A stretch of DNA of 64,000 bases from a virus, in IMG/VR virus record IMGVR_UViG_3300019124_000103, positions 1 through 64,000 of that record. The stretch is one strand, 5' to 3'. Numbering within the stretch: position 1 is the stretch's first letter; every line of letters begins with the position of its first letter. Under the pieces are notes generated by a model that was given only the letters and a program-made list of their open reading frames with translations, was not told the DNA's origin and searched no databases. The position numbers were made by a program, and so were the translations under genes. Below are positions 16,066 through 24,839 of the stretch, piece by piece.

Positions 16066-16265
16066 CAGCCACAGGAACCGAAGCGCGAGTGATCGCGGAC
16101 ATCTCAAGCCGCCAGGCCAAGGGGATCGCCAAGTACGGCACCACCGTCGAGGACAACCCACTTGCATTGCGTGAGTGGTTGCAGCACGCCTACGAAGAGG
16201 CGCTGGACCAAGCCATTTACCTGCGACGTGCTATCGAGGCGATCGATGAGCGGTACGGCCTCTAG
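16062..16265 (+). CDS. Small all-alpha protein, possibly MazG-like nucleotide pyrophosphohydrolase
   Basis: KGIAKYG...HAYEEALDQAIYL. Confidence 0.5.
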   Translation: MTATGTEARVIADISSRQAKGIAKYGTTVEDNPLALREWLQHAYEEALDQAIYLRRAIEAIDERYGL

Positions 16266-16611
16266 GCGCAAGGGCCAGGCAGGGGAGCGGGAGGCGCTGC
16301 GGCTTCTTGGGCTGGAGCTGGGGCAAGTGCTGACCCGCAACCTACAGCAGACCCGAGAGGGCGGTGCGGATTGCCTCGTGGTCAAGGGATTTGCCATCGA
16401 GATCAAACGACAAGAGCGCCTGAGCCGCCCGAGCTGGTGGCGCCAGGCCGTAGAGCAGGCAGAGCGGGAGGGCGCCGAGCCAATGGTGCTGTATCGCAGG
16501 AGCCGGGAGCCTTGGAGCGCCCTGATCCACACGCGAAACGGCGAGTACCGCGAGGGCACGCTTGAAGAGGCAGCCAGCGTGATCCGTGAGAAATGGCTGA
16601 GGTGGCCTTAA
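16246..16611 (+). CDS. Holliday-junction resolvase-like PD-(D/E)xK nuclease
   Basis: SRRKGQAGERE...GADC...IEIKR. Confidence 0.78.
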   Translation: MSGTASRRKGQAGEREALRLLGLELGQVLTRNLQQTREGGADCLVVKGFAIEIKRQERLSRPSWWRQAVEQAEREGAEPMVLYRRSREPWSALIHTRNGEYREGTLEEAASVIREKWLRWP

Positions 16612-16979
16612 TGCAGCGCGACATCCCCGACTTCCACCTAGTGCGCCCGGAGCACTATGAGATCCACGACCGGCTCTTGAACTGGGCGCGGTGGGTAGAT
16701 CCAGGCCGAGGCGGCAGCAACGTCCAGCCGATGTTCCGCCAGTACCGCAACGGCTACGAGCAGCCCAGCCCTAAGACGGTGGATTCAATCGACGGTCAGG
16801 CGGTAGAGAAGCTGATGCGCCACCTTCCAGAGAAGCACCGCAGGGCGATCCGCTGGGCCTACCTGGATTCGTGGATGTCGATTCACCGGATCAGGCGTGA
16901 CCTGGCGGTGACGCATGAGGGGCTGGGGGAGCTGATCCACAACGCCCGGACGATGCTGAAGAACAGGGCGCAAGGGTAA
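16611..16979 (+). CDS. Q-like late antiterminator A
   Basis: RLLNWARW N-terminus, sigma-4-like C-terminus, directly upstream of a strong promoter. Confidence 0.75.
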   Translation: MQRDIPDFHLVRPEHYEIHDRLLNWARWVDPGRGGSNVQPMFRQYRNGYEQPSPKTVDSIDGQAVEKLMRHLPEKHRRAIRWAYLDSWMSIHRIRRDLAVTHEGLGELIHNARTMLKNRAQG

Positions 16980-16998
16980 ACACTATTTACGAGGGCAG

Positions 16999-17027
16999 TT
17001 GACAGGCGAGTAAAGACTCTTTATGAT
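16999..17027 (+). promoter_or_regulatory. Late promoter pR' A
   Basis: TTGACA-17 bp-TATGAT. Confidence 0.85.
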
Positions 17028-17227
17028 TGCGCGCAACCGACGGGGAGTCTGGTCCGACTGCTAGCCTGATGGCTGGCAGCGGCGTCTCTAGATCGGCCAG
17101 GGCATAGCCCGCGAGGTCACCCGTGACGATGGTGGCCGCCCGCAGTGAAAGCTGCGTATGGAGTCTGGGGCGTCGCCAGCCGCCCGGGTTGATCGCCGGG
17201 TGTAGGAATAGTAAGCAGCACCGACAC

Positions 17228-17260
17228 AGCCCCTCAGCAGCAATGCTCGGGGGCTTCTCT
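17228..17260 (+). terminator. tR'-like terminator A
   Basis: AGCCCC...GGGGCT hairpin followed by a pyrimidine tract. Confidence 0.55.
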
Positions 17261-17286
17261 CATTTGGGCTCACGCCCAAGCCGAAT

Positions 17287-17354
17287 GCCCGGGCCTGATC
17301 GCACTGCGTTTCAGACGTACCTTGATCAAGTGGCCGCTTCATGGCCCGGGCGCC
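17287..17354 (+). ncRNA. Candidate structured RNA in late leader A
   Basis: GCCCGGGCC/GGCCCGGGC closing stem with internal TGATC/GATCA stem; identical copy at 59643..59710. Confidence 0.45.
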
Positions 17355-17391
17355 TTACCTCAGTTGCGGAACCCGAAAGGGAAGCGACGCT

Positions 17392-17616
17392 ATGACCACA
17401 CTAGATGCCAACATGGCTCGGCTCGAATGGGGCCCGCCCGTGTTCTTCGTGAACGACCGGGTAAACCTGGACGACCTGCTGAACTCGGATATCTCCATCG
17501 GCGGGATCGTTCGGGTGTGTGGAGCCGAAGACGTGCGCACCGCGGTGACTGTCGTGTCGCCGCAAGCGAGTGAGATGGTCGGTTGTATCGCCGGCTGGAT
17601 CAGTGACGACCTATGA
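17392..17616 (+). CDS. Hypothetical protein
   Basis: Coupled to terS; contains DRVNLDDLL...GGIVRV resembling portal segment DKVNLDDLL...AGVVRV. Confidence 0.55.
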   Translation: MTTLDANMARLEWGPPVFFVNDRVNLDDLLNSDISIGGIVRVCGAEDVRTAVTVVSPQASEMVGCIAGWISDDL

Positions 17617-17915
17617 ATTCCGAAAAAGAATCAAAGAAATCAAACGGGAAGGGCGGGGCTCGTCCTGGTGCCGGGCGGCCGAAGGGTTCTTTGGACAAGG
17701 GCAACAAGCTGATCCGCGAAATGATCGTGGATGCCTTGGATAAGGCTGGGGGTGTTGAGTACCTCCAGAGCGTGGCACAGAGCCATCCAGCCGCCTTCCT
17801 GAGCCTGATCGGCAAGGTGATGCCTGTCCAAGTGACGGGAGACGGCGGCGGACCTGTCGTGACCCGCATTGAGCTGGTCGCCCTCGATGACAGCAGCGCA
17901 GATCAAGCTTCCTAA
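17613..17915 (+). CDS. terS: Terminase small subunit A
   Basis: GGARPGAGRPKGS...AFLSLIGKVMP.QVTG.GGGP, directly upstream of terL. Confidence 0.75.
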   Translation: MNSEKESKKSNGKGGARPGAGRPKGSLDKGNKLIREMIVDALDKAGGVEYLQSVAQSHPAAFLSLIGKVMPVQVTGDGGGPVVTRIELVALDDSSADQAS

Positions 17916-19197
17916 GAAGCTGATCCCAGTCTTCAGCGGCAGGGCAGACGTTAGAGGGGCCTACGGAGGCCGAGGGTCAGCCAAGACCCGCAGCTTCGCC
18001 AAGATGGCGGCTGTAGTTGGGTACCGATACGGCAAGGCCGGAACGAGCGGGATCATCCTGTGCGCCCGGCAGTTCATGAACTCGCTGGAAGATTCCTCGC
18101 TGGAGGAATGCAAGCGGGCGATTGAAGACGAGCCGTTTCTCGCTGACTACTACGAGGTTGGTGAGAAGTACATCAAGAGCAAGGACGGGCGGATCACGTT
18201 CGCCTTTGCTGGCCTCGACCGGAACATCGCCAGCATCAAATCGAAGGGGCGCTTGCTCCTGTGCTGGGTGGACGAGGCCGAGCCGGTCACGGATGAGGCG
18301 TGGACGACGCTGATCCCGACGCTGCGGGAAGAGGGCGAAGACTGGTCCGCGGAACTGTGGGTGACGTGGAACCCGAAGCGAAAGAACGCGGCGGTAGAAA
18401 AGCGGTTCAGGCACTCGAAGAACCCCATGGTTAAGGTCGTCGAGCTGAACTGGCGAGACAACCCGTTGTTCCCCGACAAGCTGGAGCGGGATCGGCAGAC
18501 TGACCTGATCGAGCGACCGGACCAGTACGACCACGTGTGGGAGGGCGGCTACGCCACAGTGGTGGAGGGTGCTTACTACGCTGCTTCACTGACTGAGGCC
18601 AAGGCCAAGGGTCGGATCGGGAAGGTTCCTGCCGACCCGCTGATGACGATTCGCCTGTTCGCCGACATCGGCGGAACGGGGGCAAGGGCGGACGCCTTCA
18701 CCCTCTGGGCTGCGCAGTTCATCGGCCTGGAGATCCGGGTTCTCGACTACTACGAGGCGGTAGGGCAACCTTTGGCGGCGCACCTGGCGTGGTGTCGGGA
18801 GCGTGGCTACACGCCGGACAAGGCGCAGTTCTGGCTTCCGCACGACGGGAGCACGCAGGACAAGGTCTACGACGTGTCCTACGAGTCCGCACTGAAAGCG
18901 GCGGGCTACAAGGTCACGGTCGTACCGAACCAAGGCAAAGGGGCGGCGAAGGCGCGCATTGAAGCGGCCAGGCGCCTATTCCCGAGCATCTGGTTCAACG
19001 CAGAGACAACGGAAGCCGGCCGGGCTGCGCTGGGCTGGTATCACGAGAAGCGAGACCAGGAACGCGACATCGGCCTGGGTCCGAATCACGACTGGTCAAG
19101 CCACGGAGCAGACAGCTTCGGCCTGATGTGCGTGGTCTACGAGCCGCCGAAAGAGCTGAAGCCGCTGCCCCCCATCAAGCGACGTTTCGTCGTCTAA
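17887..19197 (+). CDS. terL: Terminase large subunit A (PBSX-like)
   Basis: YGGRGSAKT Walker A, WVDEAE Walker B, TWNP, HDWSSHGADSF. Confidence 0.95.
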   Translation: MTAAQIKLPKKLIPVFSGRADVRGAYGGRGSAKTRSFAKMAAVVGYRYGKAGTSGIILCARQFMNSLEDSSLEECKRAIEDEPFLADYYEVGEKYIKSKDGRITFAFAGLDRNIASIKSKGRLLLCWVDEAEPVTDEAWTTLIPTLREEGEDWSAELWVTWNPKRKNAAVEKRFRHSKNPMVKVVELNWRDNPLFPDKLERDRQTDLIERPDQYDHVWEGGYATVVEGAYYAASLTEAKAKGRIGKVPADPLMTIRLFADIGGTGARADAFTLWAAQFIGLEIRVLDYYEAVGQPLAAHLAWCRERGYTPDKAQFWLPHDGSTQDKVYDVSYESALKAAGYKVTVVPNQGKGAAKARIEAARRLFPSIWFNAETTEAGRAALGWYHEKRDQERDIGLGPNHDWSSHGADSFGLMCVVYEPPKELKPLPPIKRRFVV

Positions 19198-19199
19198 AC

Positions 19200-19466
19200 A
19201 TGACCCTCGAAGACCAAATTGCGGCCCTGCTAGCAGAGGCCGAGCCGCTGCGTTGCCTGCCGGATGAAGAGGCCGAGGCCAAGGGTCTGCCTGCGCTGGT
19301 GGATCGGATCAATGCGCTGCGCGTGCTGCAGGGTGAGCGCGCTGCGTTTATGGCATCGGTGGCCAGCCTGGAGCTGACCGAGGAGCGCGAGCAGGAAATC
19401 GCCGCGCAAGTGCAACGGACCCAAGAGGCCAAGCGCCGCGGCCGCCCGCCCAAGGCAAAGGAGTGA
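19200..19466 (+). CDS. Hypothetical protein with C-terminal AT-hook-like motif
   Basis: KRRGRPPK. Confidence 0.6.
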   Translation: MTLEDQIAALLAEAEPLRCLPDEEAEAKGLPALVDRINALRVLQGERAAFMASVASLELTEEREQEIAAQVQRTQEAKRRGRPPKAKE

Positions 19467-19678
19467 CCATGCCCAAGTGCGACCTCTGCGAAGCGCAGGC
19501 CGTCTATCAGGACATTACCGGCGACTACTGCCACAAGCACAACGACGCCTTGCGCCCGGCCTATTTCCAACACTTGGATCGCGGCGGCAAGCCTGAATCG
19601 TGGCGCTCCAGCGCTGCGAAGCAAAAGGCAGTTGGCGCCCACCTGTTGCTGCGCAAAAGCGTCGGCCTGCCCGTATGA
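19463..19678 (+). CDS. Small Zn-binding hypothetical protein
   Basis: CDLC...CHKH. Confidence 0.55.
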   Translation: MTMPKCDLCEAQAVYQDITGDYCHKHNDALRPAYFQHLDRGGKPESWRSSAAKQKAVGAHLLLRKSVGLPV

Positions 19679-19699
19679 CTGTGCGCCAAGAGAACGTCA

Positions 19700-21853
19700 A
19701 TGTCTAAGATGTCCGACGATCAACTGTTGTCCCAGCTAGAGACGCTGGAGCGGCAGGCGACCGGCTTCTATGGCGGGGAAATCGCCAGCGAACAAGCGCG
19801 GGCGATGGACTATTACTTGGGTAAGCCCTTCGGCACAGAGGAAGAGGGCCGCTCGCAGGTCATCAGCTCGGACGTGTGGGATGTGGTCGAAGGACTCACG
19901 CCCATGGTTCTGAAGCCGTTTGTCGCATCTGAAGACGTGGTTCGCTTCCAGCCGATGGGGCCGGAAGACGAAGAGGCGGCAGAACAAGAGTCGGACTACA
20001 TCAACCATGTCGTTACCCAGAAGAACGACGTGTTTGAGCAGCTCGTCACCTGGGTTAAGACCGGCCTTCTGGCGAAAAACGGTGTCGTCAAATACTGGTG
20101 GGAGCAGTCTCGCCGCGTGGAGATCGAGCGCTATTACGGCCTGACCGACGACGAGATGGCGATGCTCGCGTCCGATGAGGACGTGGAGATCGTCGAGCAC
20201 ACCGAGAACCAGGCTGTCGAGGAAATCCCGCAGCCTGACGGCTCGGTGGTTCAGGCGCCCGTCTCGACTCACGATGTCACGCTGCGCATCACCCGCAGTC
20301 AGGGTGAGCCGCGTTACGAGGTGGTTCCGCCCGAGGAATTCCTGATCTCCCGGGACGCCCGTTCGGTCAACCCGAAGCACGCCCGCTTCGTCGAGCACAG
20401 AAAGCTCGTGACCCTCTCGGAACTCCGAGAGATGGGCTATGACGTGGACGACGACATCAACGACGGGGACACACAAGACCCGTCGATGTCGGAGCAGTAC
20501 CAGGCACGCCGGGAGACGGACGAACAGGGGTTCGGCGGGGAGGGTGAAGACCCGTCGCTAAAAGAGGTGGTTCTCCGTGAGGCGTATGTCCGCGTGGACT
20601 ACGACGGCGACGGCATCGCCGAGCTTCGGAAAATCTGCCGCGTGGGCCGGAAGATCCTGGCGAACGAGGAAACCGAAGAGATCCCGTTCTGCGCTTGGAC
20701 GCCTTACCAGCAGCCGTTCAAGTTCTACGGCCGGTCTCCAGCGGATGAGACCTGCGAAATCCAGTTGATCAAGAGCACGGTTCTCCGTCAGACGATGGAC
20801 AACCTCTACACGATCAACAACAACCGCAACTTCGTCTCGGACAAGGTCAACCTCGACGACCTTCTGGATAACCAGATCGCCGGGGTGGTTCGGGTTCAGG
20901 GCGACAACGTGGGCTCGCATGTGATGCCGGCCCCGATCACGCCCATCGGGAACATCACGCTGCCCATCGTCGAGTATTTCGACAGCGCAAAAGAGAACCG
21001 CACCGGCTTCACCCGCTACAACCAAGGCACTGACTCCAACAGCCTGAACAAGACGGCTACGGGTGTTCGACTGATCACTGAGGCGGGGAACCAGCGGGTG
21101 GACATCATCGCCCGCAGCTTCGCTGAAACCGGCCTGAAGCAGCTGATGCTGGGCATTCACGGGTTGTGCCGCCGTCACTCGACCAAGGCCGAGGTGACGC
21201 GGCTACGGGGTAAGTGGGTGCAGATCGACCCGCGGTCGTGGAAGACCCGCTACGACATGACCGTCAGCGTGGGTCTCGGGTCTGCAGACAAACAAATGCA
21301 GCTCCAGGGCATCCAGATGCTGATGATGGAGCAGAAAGCCCTCGCTCAAGCGGGCATCGTCCAGCCGAAGAACTTCTACGCAGCCGCAGCCAAGATGGCC
21401 GAGGCGGTGGGCTACAAGAACCCCGAACAGTTCTTCACCCCACCCCCGGAAGAACCGACGCCTCCGCCCGATCCTCGGGACGATCCGCAGTTCATCCTGG
21501 AAGCAACCAAGCTCCAGCACGATGAGGCTCGATTGAGGCTTGAGGCCATCAAGGCAGAGAAGCAATACGAGATTGACCGCATGGTCGCGGAGACGGGCGC
21601 CTCAAAGGCAACGGCCGAGATCGCGCTTAAAGCAGAACTGCAGGGCCACAACATGCAACTGCAGATCCTGCAGGCGCTGCAATCGCTCCAGCAGTCTCAA
21701 CACGACATGCAAAGAGCCCTGGCTGAGATGCAGATGAAGGCCCAAGGCCAGGCACACAGCCAGGCGATGGCAGAACACGGCGCTGCTTTGTCGGAGCAGC
21801 AGATGCACGCACAAGCGATGGCCGAACAAGCGGGGTCCGATGGACAAGCATGA
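19700..21853 (+). CDS. Portal protein A (P22-like superfamily)
   Basis: 717 aa after terL; AMDYYLG, KNGVVKYWWE, TATG, Gln-rich coiled-coil barrel tail. Confidence 0.9.
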   Translation: MSKMSDDQLLSQLETLERQATGFYGGEIASEQARAMDYYLGKPFGTEEEGRSQVISSDVWDVVEGLTPMVLKPFVASEDVVRFQPMGPEDEEAAEQESDYINHVVTQKNDVFEQLVTWVKTGLLAKNGVVKYWWEQSRRVEIERYYGLTDDEMAMLASDEDVEIVEHTENQAVEEIPQPDGSVVQAPVSTHDVTLRITRSQGEPRYEVVPPEEFLISRDARSVNPKHARFVEHRKLVTLSELREMGYDVDDDINDGDTQDPSMSEQYQARRETDEQGFGGEGEDPSLKEVVLREAYVRVDYDGDGIAELRKICRVGRKILANEETEEIPFCAWTPYQQPFKFYGRSPADETCEIQLIKSTVLRQTMDNLYTINNNRNFVSDKVNLDDLLDNQIAGVVRVQGDNVGSHVMPAPITPIGNITLPIVEYFDSAKENRTGFTRYNQGTDSNSLNKTATGVRLITEAGNQRVDIIARSFAETGLKQLMLGIHGLCRRHSTKAEVTRLRGKWVQIDPRSWKTRYDMTVSVGLGSADKQMQLQGIQMLMMEQKALAQAGIVQPKNFYAAAAKMAEAVGYKNPEQFFTPPPEEPTPPPDPRDDPQFILEATKLQHDEARLRLEAIKAEKQYEIDRMVAETGASKATAEIALKAELQGHNMQLQILQALQSLQQSQHDMQRALAEMQMKAQGQAHSQAMAEHGAALSEQQMHAQAMAEQAGSDGQA

Positions 21854-22118
21854 ACAAGCGGTGATGCGCGGTGAAGAGGCCCAGCGGCTTCTGAACAGCG
21901 AGATGCTGCAACAGGCGTTCTCTGACACCCGCTCCGCGATCCTAGAAGCGTGGTCAAAGCTGCCCACGAGTGACACCGAGAACGCAAAGGATCTGCATCG
22001 CATGGTCAAGCTCTTGGACCGCGTACAGACGTGCATTCGAGAGCATGTGGCGACCGGAAAGATCGCCCAGAAGCAGATCGAACAGGTGTCGAAACCCAGC
22101 ATTTGGCGGCGAGGGTGA
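21840..22118 (+). CDS. Conserved small head-module protein
   Basis: RGEEAQRLLNSEML...GKIA; typical portal-scaffold intervening gene. Confidence 0.7.
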   Translation: MDKHEQAVMRGEEAQRLLNSEMLQQAFSDTRSAILEAWSKLPTSDTENAKDLHRMVKLLDRVQTCIREHVATGKIAQKQIEQVSKPSIWRRG

Positions 22119-22435
22119 TGAAGAAGCTATCGCTGCGCCCGTACAACGGCAACCTGTTCGTCTGCCGGACGCAGGCGGACTACCTCCGCTCGCACGCCCG
22201 CGTGTTCCGTACCCCGGATGTCCTTACCTGCGCGACGGAAGGCCGTTTCGCGGGGGGCGAGGGGCACGACGGCATTTGGACCTACCTTGTGTGGGCAGAG
22301 AAGCCGCACACCTTAGCTCACGAGCTTTCGCATGTGGTGTTGCACCTCTTCGAGCGCTGCGGGATCGATCCGCGTGAGGCAGGCGGCGAACCCTTCTGCT
22401 ACATGCTCTCCCAGCTGATGCTGGAGGCCAACTAA
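22118..22435 (+). CDS. Small HEXXH metallopeptidase-like protein
   Basis: LAHELSH plus EPFCY. Confidence 0.65.
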   Translation: MKKLSLRPYNGNLFVCRTQADYLRSHARVFRTPDVLTCATEGRFAGGEGHDGIWTYLVWAEKPHTLAHELSHVVLHLFERCGIDPREAGGEPFCYMLSQLMLEAN

Positions 22436-22466
22436 CAAGCCGCTGGCGACCCGCCAGCATCCCCCG

Positions 22467-22492
22467 AAGCCCGCCACTGAGCGGGCTTTTTC
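22467..22492 (+). terminator. Rho-independent terminator
   Basis: AAGCCCGC-cactga-GCGGGCTTTTT. Confidence 0.8.
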
Positions 22493-22509
22493 ATTTCTGG
22501 AGTTAACGC

Positions 22510-23472
22510 ATGAGTGAAGTGCCGACCCCGGAGACTCAGAACCCGCAAGGGGAACCTGACGATTCGGGAAGCCTTGACGCAGCGGCAGCCGCTTTCGCGG
22601 CACGCGTGGAGCCTGAAGAGGCCCCCAAATCATCTAACGAGGAAGCCGATCCGGACCCCGAGTCCGCAGAGGAATCGACCGAGGAAGCCGACGAGGCCGA
22701 CCCTCAGGAAGAGGACGAAGCGGGTGAACTCGTGGAGGTGGAAATTGACGGCGTGAAGGTCAGCCTCCCACCTGACCAGGCCGACAAGCTTCAAAAAGGC
22801 TATCTCCGCCAGTCCGACTACTCGCGTCGCATGAACGAGGTGACGGAGAAGGAGAAAGCCTACACGCAGCGCATCGAGATCGCCGAAAAGCTGGTCGAGG
22901 GTGCCGAGAAGTACGCCAAGGCTCTTGCCGAGGTGAACAGCATCGACGCCGAGATCAAGCAATTCGAGTCGGTCAACTGGCAGCAGCTCGAAAGAGAAGA
23001 CCCCTCGCGGGCCTCTCTGATGGCTGTGAAGCTGATGCGCCTGCAACAAGCCCGACAGGACGCGGTGAACCAAGCTCAAAGCGTGGACCGCGAGATCGCA
23101 GAACACCGAATGAAGGACATCGACGCCAAGCGGGCCGAGATGGACAAGGTGTTGCGCAAGGAACTGAAGGGCTGGGGTGACGAACTGGGAGTGGAGATCA
23201 CGAAGTACGCCCTTGATACGGGCTGGACTCGTGAAGCTCTGTCGTCGCTCACCGATCCGCAAGTGGTGATCGCTTTGGACAAGGCCCGTCGTTTCGACGC
23301 TCTGCAAAAGAGCAAGGAAACCATCAAGGCCAAGGCCAAGGAAGCACCTCCTGTCGTGAAGCCTGGAGCTTCAAGGCCTTCGGTTGACAAGAAAACCGAG
23401 GCCATGAGCCGGCTTCGCAAATCTGGCTCTATGGACGACGCAGAAGCGGCGTTCCTCGCAAGGATGAATTGA
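22510..23472 (+). CDS. Scaffolding protein A
   Basis: Acidic N-terminus, GYLRQSDYSRR, coiled coil, immediately before capsid. Confidence 0.85.
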   Translation: MSEVPTPETQNPQGEPDDSGSLDAAAAAFAARVEPEEAPKSSNEEADPDPESAEESTEEADEADPQEEDEAGELVEVEIDGVKVSLPPDQADKLQKGYLRQSDYSRRMNEVTEKEKAYTQRIEIAEKLVEGAEKYAKALAEVNSIDAEIKQFESVNWQQLEREDPSRASLMAVKLMRLQQARQDAVNQAQSVDREIAEHRMKDIDAKRAEMDKVLRKELKGWGDELGVEITKYALDTGWTREALSSLTDPQVVIALDKARRFDALQKSKETIKAKAKEAPPVVKPGASRPSVDKKTEAMSRLRKSGSMDDAEAAFLARMN

Positions 23473-23473
23473 A

Positions 23474-24424
23474 ATGGCTGTTCCAACCAATACCCTGCAG
23501 ACTTACCAGTCTTCGTACAACGCCGAGGATGTCACCGACATCATCATGAACATCAGCCCGGTGGACACGCCGCTGCTGACGATGGCGAAGAAGGGCGAAG
23601 CTGAAGCCACCTACACCGAGTGGCCGATTGAATCGCTGGCTGCCGCTGACGGCACGAACGCGAACATCGAAGGCGACGACGCGACCACGGACGCTTCGAC
23701 GACCCCCAGCCGTGTGGGCAACTACACGCAGCTGGTGGATAAGGTGTTCCAAGTCTCCACGACTCAGGACGCGATCAAGAAGTACGGCGCCAAGAACGAA
23801 TTCGCCCGCCAGAAGGCCAAGAAGGGCAAAGAGCTGAAGCGCGACATGGAAACCATCATGTTGCGCAACCAGGCGCGTGTGGTGGGTGCCGCTGGTGTCG
23901 CTCAGTTGATGCGCGGTCTGCCGTCTTGGTACGCGACCAACGCCAACCGCGGCGCCGGTGGTGCGAACGGTTCGGCCTCCACGGCTGCGACCGATGGCAC
24001 TCAGCGCAACTTCACCGAAGCGCTGTTCCGCGCCACGCTGGTGACGGCGATCACCAACGCCAACGAGCTGCCCTCGGTGGTGATGGCTGGCCCCGCCAAC
24101 CGCGCCAACCTCTCGACCCAACTGTCCGGCAACTCGACTCGTTTCTACGAGTTGAAGGACGGCCAGCTGAATGCGTCGATCTCGGTGTATCGCTCCGACT
24201 ACGGCCCGCTGAAGTTCGTGATGAACCGCTTCCAGCGGGAGCGGGACATGCACTTCATCAACCCGGATTACTTGCAGATCCGGACGCTGGAGCCGATGCA
24301 GTACCAAGACCTGGCGAAGACCGGTCTGTCGCGCCGCGGCCAGATGTGGACCAACTTTACGTTGGCCGTGCTGAACGAGGGCGCCCACGCTGTTCTCGCT
24401 GACTTGAACACCGCTGTTCTGTAA
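23474..24424 (+). CDS. Major capsid protein (SU10/DUF5309-like)
   Basis: EDVTDIIMNISPVDTP, EGDDA, NYTQ, KELKRDME, YRSDYG. Confidence 0.92.
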   Translation: MAVPTNTLQTYQSSYNAEDVTDIIMNISPVDTPLLTMAKKGEAEATYTEWPIESLAAADGTNANIEGDDATTDASTTPSRVGNYTQLVDKVFQVSTTQDAIKKYGAKNEFARQKAKKGKELKRDMETIMLRNQARVVGAAGVAQLMRGLPSWYATNANRGAGGANGSASTAATDGTQRNFTEALFRATLVTAITNANELPSVVMAGPANRANLSTQLSGNSTRFYELKDGQLNASISVYRSDYGPLKFVMNRFQRERDMHFINPDYLQIRTLEPMQYQDLAKTGLSRRGQMWTNFTLAVLNEGAHAVLADLNTAVL

Positions 24425-24442
24425 AGAGCGGGTGTTCCCAAC

Positions 24443-24475
24443 AAGGGGAGTCCTTCGGGGCTCCCCTTTTCTTTT
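24443..24475 (+). terminator. Terminator after capsid
   Basis: AAGGGGAGTCC-TTCG-GGGCTCCCCTTTT. Confidence 0.9.
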
Positions 24476-24485
24476 GGTGTGACGT

Positions 24486-24839
24486 ATGGCTGAACGCGAG
24501 TATCTGGGCGGCGTGACGAACACGACGCTTCACTTTGAAGACGACAAGATGATCGTCGAAGAGGTGGTGGACGCAGAGCCGATCCTCGACTTCGCCCATG
24601 CGGCGCGCAACCATCGCTTCTCTGCCGATGTGTGCGACGGGATGATGCGCCACGAGGCGGAAATCCCCTGGCCGGTCTTCATCGAGGAATGCCGTAAGCG
24701 CGGGCTTCCCCCGACCATCTTTGGGTCTGAGCTGGGCGATATGGTCATCGACTCCATCGTCAACGACCCGCAATACGCGAAGTTCCGCACCGCTCCGACT
24801 CAACGCGACGCCCGCGTGCGCATCAAGGGGGCTCGGTAA
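24486..24839 (+). CDS. Hypothetical virion-module protein
   Basis: AEIPW...NDPQYAKFRT pattern common after capsids of this type. Confidence 0.7.
   Translation: MAEREYLGGVTNTTLHFEDDKMIVEEVVDAEPILDFAHAARNHRFSADVCDGMMRHEAEIPWPVFIEECRKRGLPPTIFGSELGDMVIDSIVNDPQYAKFRTAPTQRDARVRIKGAR

Noticed and set aside
17060-17160. Hammerhead ribozyme (CTGATGG ... GAAA)
   Set aside because: Core should be CUGANGA and the required stems are not arranged correctly
17287-17354. tRNA gene
   Set aside because: Acceptor-like stem only; no GTTCRA T-loop, D-loop or 7-nt anticodon loop. No canonical tRNA was seen anywhere in the window
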